A stretch of DNA of 64,000 nt, taken from the NCBI GenBank assembly GCA_963815215.1, contig CAWFFU010000004.1, forward strand, positions 128,001 to 192,000, in the 5' to 3' direction. The position numbers and the translations under genes were made by a program. Of this stretch, positions 8,458 through 17,562 are shown piece by piece. The stretch's first letter is position 1, and each line of letters opens with the position of its first letter. Origin of the DNA: an uncultured Trueperaceae bacterium (GTDB lineage: Bacteria > Deinococcota > Deinococci > Deinococcales > Trueperaceae). The notes below the pieces were generated by a model. It did no database searches, was not told the origin of the DNA, and saw nothing but the letters and a program-made list of their open reading frames with translations.

Positions 8458-9561
8458 TCACTGGTAGTACGTGATGGTTCGGGTCGTGACGGAGCCGTAG
8501 TCGCTGCTGAGCTCGTGATGGACCGGGTCCTGCAGTTGGCACGTGCGGGTCTGCCAGTTGCCGTACGTGTCGCGATCGCCGTAGGTGCAGCGTTGGGTGG
8601 GGGTGCCGTTGCTGTCGAACTGCGTGCTGCGAAGCGGCTGGTAGACGTTGTAGCTGAAGGTCGTCCGTTGGCCCAAGGTAGCGCTTCCCGGAAGGTAGCT
8701 ACGGGTGGAGGTCTCGCGTCCGTCGCGATCGTAGTGGGTAACCGAGCTCAGGATGCCATCGCGGAGAGTGGTCACGGACTCGGGGGTGCCGCCCGGGTAG
8801 TAGGCGTGCAGCTCGACGATGTGGGAGGTGCCGTAGTAGGCGGGATGGGCTTCGCCGGGCACGGGCCAGTTGCCGTTGGCGGGCTGAAGGTAGTCCATGC
8901 GGAGCAGAAGCGGCGGGTGGCCCGGGCGGTCGTGGCTGTAGGCGAAGGTCTGGGTCCGTTCGCCGTCCCTGCCCGGGTAGGTGACGTGACGCTGGGTGAG
9001 CAGGCCATGGTCATCGTAGGTGAGGGTGGCGATCGCGCGAGGTCGCGACGGCTGGCGGTGCGGATCGTACCAGCCTGGAAAGCGTTCGACGCGTAGCGGT
9101 TTGCCCTCGTCGTCGAGGGTCGTGATGTCGTAGTACGAGGGTGGGCTGCCGCCGGCGTTGTCGAACTCGAGCAGCCGGTGGTGGGCGTCGAGCTTCTTGA
9201 TGGTGACGCCGGTCTCGTAGGACGCCAGGCGGTGCGTGTAACCGAGGTAGATCCCATGGTCGTAGTGGTAGGTGTATGCCACGACTTCGTTGCCGTCGCG
9301 GTCGCGGTACGTGACCTGCGTGAGCCGACCTCCTGCATCGAAGTGGAGGGTGAAGAGCTGGACGTGGCGGCTGGAGTCCATCCCCTGGGTAGTCAGCGTC
9401 TTGACGGGGCCTAGGAGGGCGACGTCGGTGGTGGTGAGGGCAGAACGTTGGTCGAAGGCCAGCGCGCCCTGCCAGGCCAGCGGATCCGTGATCCCGTGCT
9501 GCGCCGCCGCATAGGCGAGCACCAGCGCGCCAGCGAAGGGAAGGAGACGGAACATGGACAT
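8458..9561 (-). CDS. Secreted YD/RHS-repeat-like beta-strand protein
   Basis: Signal peptide (AYAAAQ); LLGPVKTL start, repeated FDxxGR/YDxxG hairpins, C-terminal DTYGNWQTR...TRTITYY. Confidence 0.65.
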   Translation of the reverse strand: MSMFRLLPFAGALVLAYAAAQHGITDPLAWQGALAFDQRSALTTTDVALLGPVKTLTTQGMDSSRHVQLFTLHFDAGGRLTQVTYRDRDGNEVVAYTYHYDHGIYLGYTHRLASYETGVTIKKLDAHHRLLEFDNAGGSPPSYYDITTLDDEGKPLRVERFPGWYDPHRQPSRPRAIATLTYDDHGLLTQRHVTYPGRDGERTQTFAYSHDRPGHPPLLLRMDYLQPANGNWPVPGEAHPAYYGTSHIVELHAYYPGGTPESVTTLRDGILSSVTHYDRDGRETSTRSYLPGSATLGQRTTFSYNVYQPLRSTQFDSNGTPTQRCTYGDRDTYGNWQTRTCQLQDPVHHELSSDYGSVTTRTITYYQ

Positions 9562-9628
9562 GATGGCCTTTCGGTGGGTGGCGCCCCGGCAGGAGCGCCA
9601 CCCACATGCGGTGACGAAGTGGGCTCCG

Positions 9629-11341
9629 CTACTGACAGACTAGACCGATGGTGTTGAAGGTGATCGTCTCGGCCGCCTGAGGGTCTGAGTTGCTTGTCGC
9701 CAGGACGGTAGTCGTGGCATGGGTCTGGGTCTCGCCGCTGTTGTAGCAGGGTAGTGTCGGTGCCGTGAAGTGCACGATGTCCACGGTTGGCGCCGACCAA
9801 GCGGTTCCGTTGGGTATGTGTTCGCGCGTCGATGAAAGCGCGCCTTGCCCGGAGGTCACTTCAAGGGTGGCTCCTTGCCCGCTGAAGTCGTTGCTGGTGA
9901 TGCTGATGTCCTTTGTCTGCCCCGGGCCGACAGAGTAAGAGTACTCCAGGTTCCCCACGCTGCAGCCTCCGGCATCGCCCTCGCACGCCAACAAGGTCAA
10001 GGTGTTCAGGTGGCTGTCGATGTCGTACGTGACGTCGGGTTGAGCGATGCTGTGGACGCGCAGGGTGAAAGGGGCGCCGTCCGCGTAGCCCGCCGTGGGC
10101 GCAGTGTAGTAGGTTGCTGGCTCGCCGCCTGGCCCCTGCCCGATGCTGATGGTTCCGGGTCCTGTGGCGATCGCCCACCCCACGCTTTCATCGAGGGTCG
10201 AGTCGTACACGTTGGTCACGCGCCCATCGAGCAGCAGCGTCTGGCCCGGATTCACAACAGATGCGGACCCCGACACCGGTTGTCCGTCCACGTAGGTTGT
10301 GGCGTTTCCACTGACCTCCAATTGGTAGCAGAGCACGGTGATGGGCACGGGCCCGAGCGGGCTGTCCGGATCATCACTCGTGATCGTCACCGTCCCACTC
10401 GTGTCCCAATCCACCGCGCTTGGACAGGTACCCGCCAGGGGAATCTCGGTACCTCGGCCTGGGTCTACGGCTCCGGACGTCGGGGCGTTCGTGCTGAGCC
10501 CTACGGCGCCTCCGTTGACGGACACCTCGTAGTGCAGCGTCGCGTCGCCGTTGTTCTCGAGCCCGAGCATGGTGCTGAAGGGCCGTCCCATGTTGCTGAC
10601 GGCATTGCGTTGGTAGTAGATGGCTGCATGCGGACCACAGTGCACGCCGAAGTAGGACGGCGGAAGGTCCGGAATCCCCATCGGGAAGATGGGCACATCA
10701 TTGCACGGCGGCGGCGTGTGCACGTCGGGCCGCAGAATGTCGATGGTCACCGCCGCTGCTCCATCTGGGTTGTCCGCCGCTGAGCTGCCGTCCTCGATGC
10801 TGCCACCGGAATCGAGCCAGTACGCATCACCGGGATACAGCTTGGGGCAGAGCACTTGGAAGGCGTACGACAGGCTGTCGGTGCGAGGATCATCGAAGAT
10901 GTTGATCGGGGTTGCGGAGCCCTGGTTCGCGCCGGCCTTCAGGTTGTTGATGAGAGAGTAGGGGAGCTTGGTGCCGACAGTGGGGTCGGTATCGTTCTTG
11001 CCGAGATTGAACTGAACGGACAGAACGTTGTCGCTCGAGTTCTGCGCGAAGCCGACCACGTGCCCGCTGCCATCAACACCGCCAAGAGAGATGCTAGACC
11101 GGTAGAGTTGGGGGTCCGGCGTGTAGTTCGGGTCGGCCGCGGCGTGGCTGCCGTCGGTGATGGCGGTGGCGAAGCCGATCACGTGGGGTGCGGGGGTGTC
11201 GCTGAGAGCGAGGACGATGGCGTCGCTGCCTTCCAGGATCCGTAGGTGGGTCTCGGGTGTGGGTGGGTTGGGCCAACCCTCGAAGAATCCCTGGAGCTGG
11301 TCCGGTCGGATGTGAGCGGCGGAGTGACGGTAGGTGACCAT
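9629..11341 (-). CDS. Chimeric ORF: N-terminal 64 aa of a GNAT acetyltransferase fused to a Cys/Thr/Gly-rich Ig-like extracellular protein fragment
   Basis: AGGAG RBS and ATG 11341; GFFEGWPNPPTPETHLRIL...VIGFATAITDG (GNAT N-terminus) then unrelated sequence with LENNGDATL...GTVTITSDDPDSP (ASH/Ig-like) and YYTAP repeats; no signal peptide. Confidence 0.6.
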   Translation of the reverse strand: MVTYRHSAAHIRPDQLQGFFEGWPNPPTPETHLRILEGSDAIVLALSDTPAPHVIGFATAITDGSHAAADPNYTPDPQLYRSSISLGGVDGSGHVVGFAQNSSDNVLSVQFNLGKNDTDPTVGTKLPYSLINNLKAGANQGSATPINIFDDPRTDSLSYAFQVLCPKLYPGDAYWLDSGGSIEDGSSAADNPDGAAAVTIDILRPDVHTPPPCNDVPIFPMGIPDLPPSYFGVHCGPHAAIYYQRNAVSNMGRPFSTMLGLENNGDATLHYEVSVNGGAVGLSTNAPTSGAVDPGRGTEIPLAGTCPSAVDWDTSGTVTITSDDPDSPLGPVPITVLCYQLEVSGNATTYVDGQPVSGSASVVNPGQTLLLDGRVTNVYDSTLDESVGWAIATGPGTISIGQGPGGEPATYYTAPTAGYADGAPFTLRVHSIAQPDVTYDIDSHLNTLTLLACEGDAGGCSVGNLEYSYSVGPGQTKDISITSNDFSGQGATLEVTSGQGALSSTREHIPNGTAWSAPTVDIVHFTAPTLPCYNSGETQTHATTTVLATSNSDPQAAETITFNTIGLVCQ

Positions 11342-11377
11342 GGTGGCTCCTCTCGTTCGGTTCGGCCATAATGCCGC

Positions 11378-12088
11378 ATGATCGAGGACCGATGGGGGGA
11401 TCAGGATGGGGTTCAGCTTCACTACGTCATCCAGCGGGGGGCCGCGGACCGGGTGCCTCTCGTGTACGTGCCGGGCAGCCTTGGAAGGGCGGAGGAGTTC
11501 CGGGCGGAGATGGGGCGTCTGGCTCCGCGCGCCACGCTCGCAGTGGACAAGCGGGGTGTGTTCGAGGGGGAAGATGCTCCGCAGCGCGGGTACGCGTTCG
11601 AGGATCGGGTCGCCGATCTCGAGGCCGTCCTTGCCGGCGCGGGCCTGGGCCCGGCATGCCTGATGGCGTTCTCGTTGGGGGTTCCGGTCGCCATCAGGTT
11701 TGCCGTGCGTCATCCGGATGAGGTGCGTGGATTGATCCTGCTGGACTACCCCGCTCGCTACCAGGCTAGAGACGATGCCTGGCTCGAGCGGGCGCTGCCG
11801 TTCGCCCGCGAGCGGGGGATCCCGGAGCGGGTGGTCCGCGCCATCTATCGCGAGTCCGCGCCAGTTGAGTTGTGGAGTGAGTTAGGAACCTTGAGCTGTC
11901 CCGTGCTGTTGGTGGTGGGCGGCAAGAGCCGGAGCGTGTCGGGCGCGGACCTCGAGCGCTACCGGGACGCGCTCCCGGACCTCCGGGTCGAGGTCTTCGA
12001 GGACGCCGGCCACGAGGTGTTCCGGCCGGACTACGAGCGCTTCATGCGGCTGGTCGAGGGGTTCCTTGCGGAGCTGGACGCGCTCTGA
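11378..12088 (+). CDS. Alpha/beta hydrolase
   Basis: LVYVPGSLG, VDKRG, nucleophile elbow AFSLG, CPVLLVVGGKS, FEDAGHE. Confidence 0.85.
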   Translation: MIEDRWGDQDGVQLHYVIQRGAADRVPLVYVPGSLGRAEEFRAEMGRLAPRATLAVDKRGVFEGEDAPQRGYAFEDRVADLEAVLAGAGLGPACLMAFSLGVPVAIRFAVRHPDEVRGLILLDYPARYQARDDAWLERALPFARERGIPERVVRAIYRESAPVELWSELGTLSCPVLLVVGGKSRSVSGADLERYRDALPDLRVEVFEDAGHEVFRPDYERFMRLVEGFLAELDAL

Positions 12089-12142
12089 GGGGCAGCCCGG
12101 CTTCACGGTCACGGCCGCCCGATCTCCTATGCTGGCTTGACC

Positions 12143-12853
12143 ATGGCTGATGGAGGTCGCGAGGACTGGGGCTTGCCCGACTATTGGCTTCCCCGACCCG
12201 GGACAAACGGCGCGGGTAAGCTGCGGGTCGCGCTTCGTAACGTCTTGGACGCGTACGTCCTGAACGGGACGGGTGGCTGGGTCCCGACACCGCTGCCGCG
12301 CCCTGCCTGGGTCTTCCTGACGTGGCTGGGTGAGGAGATGGGCCTGATGCTCCATGGGAGCGGTCATCCGGCGATCGAGTCGTTCACTCCCAGGGCGCCG
12401 AACGACAGGTCCCCGGATGCGTTCAGCAAGCAGCGTGCCGTCTTCGCGACCACCGACGGCATCTTCGCGATCTTCTACGCCATCCTCGACCGGAGGACGA
12501 AAGGGTTCAGCTTCCTCGACGCCGCCCTGCAGTTCGCGGACGCCAACGGCGGCTGGTCGCCGACGCACTACTACTTCTCCGTCTCGCAAGACGCTCCGCC
12601 AGCTCCCTGGCGGCCCGGCGCCGTGTACATCCTTCCGGCGGAGGGCTTCCGGCAGCAGCCGGCCTACCGCGTCGGCGACCGCATGGTGCTCGACCCGCAC
12701 TTCGCGCGCCAGGCGCCAGTGCGTCCCCTTGCGAAGCTGCGTGTGGAGCCCACGGACTTCCCGTTCCTCGGCCGCGTCGCGCGGCATGATCGCGAGCTCG
12801 TCGACGCAAGGTCCGTCGAAGAGCCGGTGGCCTTCCCCTGGCGTGAGCCCTGA
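12143..12853 (+). CDS. Hypothetical protein (possible ADP-ribosyltransferase-like fold)
   Basis: Coding-like composition; LHGS...FTPR...AVFATTDGIFAIFYA...GAVYILP; start ATG 12143 or TTG 12137 behind TATGCT. Confidence 0.65.
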   Translation: MADGGREDWGLPDYWLPRPGTNGAGKLRVALRNVLDAYVLNGTGGWVPTPLPRPAWVFLTWLGEEMGLMLHGSGHPAIESFTPRAPNDRSPDAFSKQRAVFATTDGIFAIFYAILDRRTKGFSFLDAALQFADANGGWSPTHYYFSVSQDAPPAPWRPGAVYILPAEGFRQQPAYRVGDRMVLDPHFARQAPVRPLAKLRVEPTDFPFLGRVARHDRELVDARSVEEPVAFPWREP

Positions 12854-12932
12854 TGACGATGGCTCCAGCGCGCGACAGCGCTGCGCGGATGGTGGCCGAA
12901 GCCTTGCCTACCACTGCTCCGAACTGTCGTGT

Positions 12933-13049
12933 CTACCTGATTGGCCGGCGTACACGGTGGGCACCAGGGCGACGATGATCTTGGACGACGTCAACCGCGT
13001 TGCCGACGATCCTGACGGGGCGTTGATGAAGGCAGCCGGCGCCCTCTGA
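12933..13049 (+). pseudogene. C-terminal remnant of a type-B carboxylesterase
   Basis: LPDWPAYTVGTRATMILDDVNRVADDPDG matches the WPxY...RATMxxD...DDP tail of carboxylesterase/pNB-esterase family; no start or upstream domain. Confidence 0.55.
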
Positions 13050-13103
13050 GTCGGACCATGCAGCGCCGGGTTGCGGAGGCGCGGCCAGCGCTCATGACAA
13101 CGA

Positions 13104-13132
13104 AGCGGGCCGGCCCTCGTGGCCGGCCCGCT
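13104..13132 (-). terminator. Putative rho-independent terminator of the NHL lipoprotein gene
   Basis: agcgggccggcc-ctcgt-ggccggcccgct 12-bp stem 20 nt past the stop, followed by tcgttgt on the minus strand. Confidence 0.6.
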
Positions 13133-13152
13133 AGCGCGGGTGTGCGCGAAAC

Positions 13153-14610
13153 TCAGGGTCTGTATACGAGGTAGCGGTAGTTGTTCTCGTCGGCGACGAT
13201 CAACGCCTGGTCGGTGAGCAGGAACCCTGCCGGGTTGTCGAGCGTGCGCGCGGTCGGCGTGCCGGACGTGCCCGTCTGGGCGTCATCGTCGGAGGTGACG
13301 TGCGTGAAGTCGCTCTGCCCAAGGACGTGCACGGCACTGGCGCCGTTCGTCGTGGGGATGCCGTCGAAGATCAGGACGCGGTTGTTGTTCGCATCGGCGA
13401 CGAAGAGCTGGTTCCCGTTGCTCGCGAGGAAGTATGGACCGTCCAACCCGGCTGCGCCGGCGGCGGCAATGTTCCCGGTCATGGTCGACTGACCGACGAC
13501 CACGTCGGCGGGCTGGAGGTCGCTGGTGGGGAAGGTGTTCCAGATGAGGACGCGGTTGCTGTTCCTGTCGACCACGATGAGGCGGGTGCCGTCCGACCAG
13601 ACGTCGCTCGGGTAGTCCAGCGTCGCGGCAGTGACGGTGGGGCTGTCGGCTCCGACGCCGGCGTTCTTGTAGCAGCTGGTGAGGCTGCTCTGACCGAGCA
13701 CGAGGTCGGCTGCGGCGCCGTTGCTAGTGGGGATGCTGTTGTAGATCAGTACCCGGTTGTTGTGGCTATCGGCGACGATGAGCTTGCCGTCCACGGTGAA
13801 GATGCTCTCGGGCTCATCGAGCCCCGTGGCGGTGCACGCAGTGCTGCTACTGCCGAAGCCGGGCTGCCCGACCACCAGATCGGCGGGAACCTGTGTGCTG
13901 GTCGGGATCGTGTTCCAGATGAGCACACGACTGTTGCTGTATCCGTCCACGAGAAGTTTGCCGCCCGCGCTCACCACGGTTTGCGCCCCGGCCATGCCAT
14001 CGGCGGTGGAGCTGGTGGCGGACGAGGTCATGTCGGGCTGGCCGAGCACGAAGTCGGCGCTGGCGCCGTTGCTGGTCGGGATGCCGCTCGAGAAGCCGAG
14101 CACCCGGTCGAAGCCGTAGTCAGGGAGGTACAGCACGCCGTTGACGAGTGCCGGGTTGCCGTAGGGGTGCCCTACCGACGTCGCGGTCGCCGAGGGGAGC
14201 TGGGCGTTGGTGGACATGTCGGGTTGTCCGATGACCACCGAGGCGTTCTGGAAGTCGGTGAAGGCGAGGAAGGGGTAGACCAGGGTGAGGGTGCTGGTCG
14301 AGGTGCCTGCGCTCGAGGTGGCGGTGACGACGATGCTGTTGCTGCCGTCGGCCAGCGTGAGCGGCGCGCTGAAGCTACTGCTGGTGTGGGTCGTGCCGCT
14401 GACGGCGGTGCCGTTGAGCTTCACGCTCACGGCCGTGGCGGGTCCGCCGCTGAGGGTGCCGGCCAGCGTCAGGCTGCGGCTCCCCACGACGCGTTGACCG
14501 TCGGTGTTAGACGTCACGCTGATGGACACTTTGCTCGATGTCGAGCAGCCGGCAAGGACGAGGGCAAGAGCGAGCAGAGAAGCATAGGCGAGTAGCTTCG
14601 GTCGCATCAT
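13153..14610 (-). CDS. Lipoprotein with Ig-like domain and NHL beta-propeller repeats
   Basis: Lipobox LAGC; repeated VADSxNNRVLIxNxxPTSNGAxADxVLGQ units; GGAGG RBS and TACAAT -10 at 14628-14633. Confidence 0.88.
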   Translation of the reverse strand: MMRPKLLAYASLLALALVLAGCSTSSKVSISVTSNTDGQRVVGSRSLTLAGTLSGGPATAVSVKLNGTAVSGTTHTSSSFSAPLTLADGSNSIVVTATSSAGTSTSTLTLVYPFLAFTDFQNASVVIGQPDMSTNAQLPSATATSVGHPYGNPALVNGVLYLPDYGFDRVLGFSSGIPTSNGASADFVLGQPDMTSSATSSTADGMAGAQTVVSAGGKLLVDGYSNSRVLIWNTIPTSTQVPADLVVGQPGFGSSSTACTATGLDEPESIFTVDGKLIVADSHNNRVLIYNSIPTSNGAAADLVLGQSSLTSCYKNAGVGADSPTVTAATLDYPSDVWSDGTRLIVVDRNSNRVLIWNTFPTSDLQPADVVVGQSTMTGNIAAAGAAGLDGPYFLASNGNQLFVADANNNRVLIFDGIPTTNGASAVHVLGQSDFTHVTSDDDAQTGTSGTPTARTLDNPAGFLLTDQALIVADENNYRYLVYRP

Positions 14611-14878
14611 GTTTTGCCTCCAGAGCGATTGTAGTCGGCATGCCAGCCTCCTCAGGGACGCGGCTCACAAGACCGAGGAGCACTCGCTTTCGACGTGCTT
14701 GAGTCCGTAGATCTTCCCTCTGAATTCGCGATCGAGCAAGGTCGCGGCCCGGGCCGTTCGCGGTCCGTTCGCCTCCGGGGGTCGCGGGCCGTAGGTCTTC
14801 CGGGTGGGCTTGCGCCAGCGAAGCCGTCACCGCGTAGGGTCGCGCCTCGAGGCGAGAACCTCGGCGCCCGCAGCGGGC

Positions 14879-16108
14879 TCAGTAGAGCAGCGCCAGCGCC
14901 GAAGGATCCTCCACCAGCTCCAGCAGCCGGTCGGCCCACGCCGCCGCCGCGCCGAGCTCGACGCGGGAGCGGTCGAACGCCAGGCGCAGGGTCAGCGCGG
15001 TACGGACCGCTGGAGCCCCGTCGACGGCGAGGACGCGTTCGGCCAGCCTGCCGGCGACCAGGCTCACGACGCCTTCGTGCGGCGCGCTCTCGCCGGACAG
15101 CTCGGTGCGAGCGCGGGTGAGGTCGAGCAGCGAGAGTGCGGGAACGGAATCCGTCTCCGCCGACCCGGCATCCCGCGCGGCAGCAGCCTCCCGCGCACTC
15201 ACGACGGCGTTCAGGCCGACCGAGCCGGCGTCTTCGAGGCGCGCGTCGCTCAGGGAGCCGTCGGCCACGCGGCGGTATCGCAGGCCGTGCGGCGTACCCG
15301 CGTGGGTTTCGACCAGAGGGTTGCGCGCCCACACGGCGGCCAGGAACCGTGCCAGCAGGTCGCCGACGTCGACCCCTGCGGTGTCGCCCGCCCCGCCTGT
15401 CGGCGTCCGGCGTCGCGCCCAGGCCACCACGGCCAGGAGCGGCGCGGCGTCGACCTCCCGGACGAACTCCGTCCAGCTCCCTGGCGCGAAGGGAGCGCCG
15501 AGGTAGGTCGGGGAGGGACGGGGAGCCCGCTCCGCCGCCCGCAGCACGTCCGCGGCGAGCACGGCACCCTCCGGCCCGCTCCCCTCGAGCACGGCCACAT
15601 CCAGTCCGCGCTCCGACGCCAGCCGACGCGCCTTCGGGGACGCCGGGGTGAGGCGGTACGGACCTGGGCGGTCGCTGGCGGCAGGGAGAGCGGTTCGTGG
15701 CGCGGCGGCCATCGATGGGCTGCCGGTGGTGGGCGCGCCCGTGGTGGTGGGCGCGCCCGTTCCGGGCTGCACGGGGCCGTTGGCCCCCGGTCGCGGGGTC
15801 CCGGCCGGTGCCCGCTCGGGCGTGGCAGTGTCCGGCTTCGGGGGGCGCCCGGAGGTATCCGCAGCTTCCCCTGCTGCGAGGATCACGGCGATGACGCTCC
15901 CCACCTTCACCTCGTCGCCGGCTGTGGCCGTGACGCGGGCGAGGGTGCCGGAGGCGGGCGCGTCGAGCTCCATGGTGGCCTTGTCGGTCTCGACCTCCAT
16001 GATGGGCTCGCCCTGCTCGACCTGCTCCCCCTCCTGCTTGAGCCAGGAGAGGAGCACGGCGGTGTCCTGGTTCATCCCCAGGACCGGCATGATGACGTCC
16101 TTGGCCAC
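14879..16108 (-). CDS. 2-oxoacid/acetoin dehydrogenase E2-like protein: lipoyl and E1/E3-binding domains with degenerate acyltransferase domain
   Basis: EVETDKAT lipoyl-Lys motif; ASPKARRLA...GSGPEGAV PSBD; C-terminal LAFDRSRVELG in place of DHRxxDG. Confidence 0.85.
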   Translation of the reverse strand: MAKDVIMPVLGMNQDTAVLLSWLKQEGEQVEQGEPIMEVETDKATMELDAPASGTLARVTATAGDEVKVGSVIAVILAAGEAADTSGRPPKPDTATPERAPAGTPRPGANGPVQPGTGAPTTTGAPTTGSPSMAAAPRTALPAASDRPGPYRLTPASPKARRLASERGLDVAVLEGSGPEGAVLAADVLRAAERAPRPSPTYLGAPFAPGSWTEFVREVDAAPLLAVVAWARRRTPTGGAGDTAGVDVGDLLARFLAAVWARNPLVETHAGTPHGLRYRRVADGSLSDARLEDAGSVGLNAVVSAREAAAARDAGSAETDSVPALSLLDLTRARTELSGESAPHEGVVSLVAGRLAERVLAVDGAPAVRTALTLRLAFDRSRVELGAAAAWADRLLELVEDPSALALLY

Positions 16109-16135
16109 GGCTCTCCTTCGTCGCTCGCGCGCAGG

Positions 16136-17519
16136 CTAGTGCTTGCCGTCCGGACCGACCGCGCCCGTGTCGGCGGCGGCCGGCGCGCCCGGCACGCCGG
16201 GCTTGCCGTCGGGGAAGATGCGGCCGTTGTTGTAGTTCGACTCGGTCTCGCGCACGCCGGGGAGATCGCCGAGCGCGGTGTAGTACTTGGGCCCGGCGAC
16301 CATCAGCTCTTCGGCGGGGAATCGGCTGATGACCTCGCAGCCGTCCTTGGTCACCACCAGCTCTTCCTCGATGCGGGCGGCCGACCAGCCGTCGCTGGCG
16401 GGCCAGAAGGTCTCGAGCGCGAACACCATGCCCTCTTCGATGACCTCGGGGTGGTCGAGGCTGAACAGCCGGCTGAAGATGGGCTTCTCCCAGATGTTGA
16501 GGCCGAGCCCGTGGCCGTACTGCAGGGCGAAGGCGAGCTCCTCGTTGGGGAAGCCGAACTCCTGGGCCTTGGGCCAGATCGACACCACTTCGGCGGTGGT
16601 GACGCCGGGCTTGATGAGGCTGATGGCGTGGTCGAGCAGGTCGCGGCACTTGGCGTAGGCGTCGACCTGGGCCTGGCTGGCGCTGCCGACGGCGAAGGTG
16701 CGGTAGTAGCAGGTGCGGTAGCCCATGTAGCTGTGCAGGATGTCGAAGTAGGCGGGGTCGCCGGGACGCAGCATGCGGTCGGACGCGACGTGGGGGTGGG
16801 GGTTGCAGCGTTCGCCGCTGATGGCGTTGACGCCCTCGACCATCTCGCTGCCGTGGCGGTAGAGGAAGTCGCTCACCAGGCCCGACCAGATCGTTCTCGC
16901 GCACGCCAGGGCGGAGCTTCTCGTAGAGCTGGTCGTAGGCGGCGTCGACCATGGAGGAGGCGTGGGTGAGCAGCATGATCTCGTCGACCGTCTTGATCTT
17001 GCGGGCCTCGAGCATGAGCTGCTGGCCGTCGATGACGGTGATGCCCGCCTTCTGCAGCGCGAACAGCACCGGCGGCTCGACGATGTCGATGGCGACCGGG
17101 TCGCCGGCCAGGCCGCGCTGGTCGAGCTCGTCCTTGATCCAGCGCGCCACTTGCTCGGCGCGGCCCATCTCGGGGCTGATGGTGCCGCGCAGCATCGACA
17201 CGCCGGGTCGCGAGCGCTTCTCGCCGTCGAGCCAGGGGGCGTAGAGCTGGTGGTGCTTGGCCGCCGAGCCGAAGTCCCACAGGATGGGCTCGTCGTTCTG
17301 CGGCAGCAGGGTGAAGCGCGCCACCTTGTCCTGCGCCCAGGTACCGATGTGGGTGGCCGTGATGTAGCGGACGTTGTTCATGTCGAAGCACAGCAGGGCT
17401 CCGGCCTCGGACTCCGCCAGCACCTTCTTGATGCGTGCCAGTCGCTCGTTGCGGAGGCGCTCGAAGTTGACGCGCTCCTCCCAGTCGACCGCCATGACGC
17501 CGTGGGTATGAATGGCCAT
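16136..17519 (-). pseudogene. M24 (Xaa-Pro peptidase/creatinase/DddP-fold) family protein, split by a +1 frameshift at ~16881-16883
   Basis: N-part GALLCFDMNNVRY...RKIKTVDEI...RPGVRENDLV continues in another frame as LVSDFLY...GYRTCYYRT, YGHGLG, FALETF, RIEEE; removing one G of GGG restores a 460-aa ORF. May be a sequencing indel. Confidence 0.85.
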
Positions 17520-17562
17520 CAGGATTCCGCCTCCCTGGTACGGGGTGGGGTGCGCTTCCGCG

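Noticed and set aside
8458..9561. RHS polymorphic toxin system
   Set aside because: Too short, no DPxG core motif, no toxin tip or immunity gene, no secretion-system genes
14652..17519. 955-aa ORF as a real multidomain protein
   Set aside because: Only the first ~212 aa are M24-like; the rest is off-frame read-through after the frameshift at ~16882
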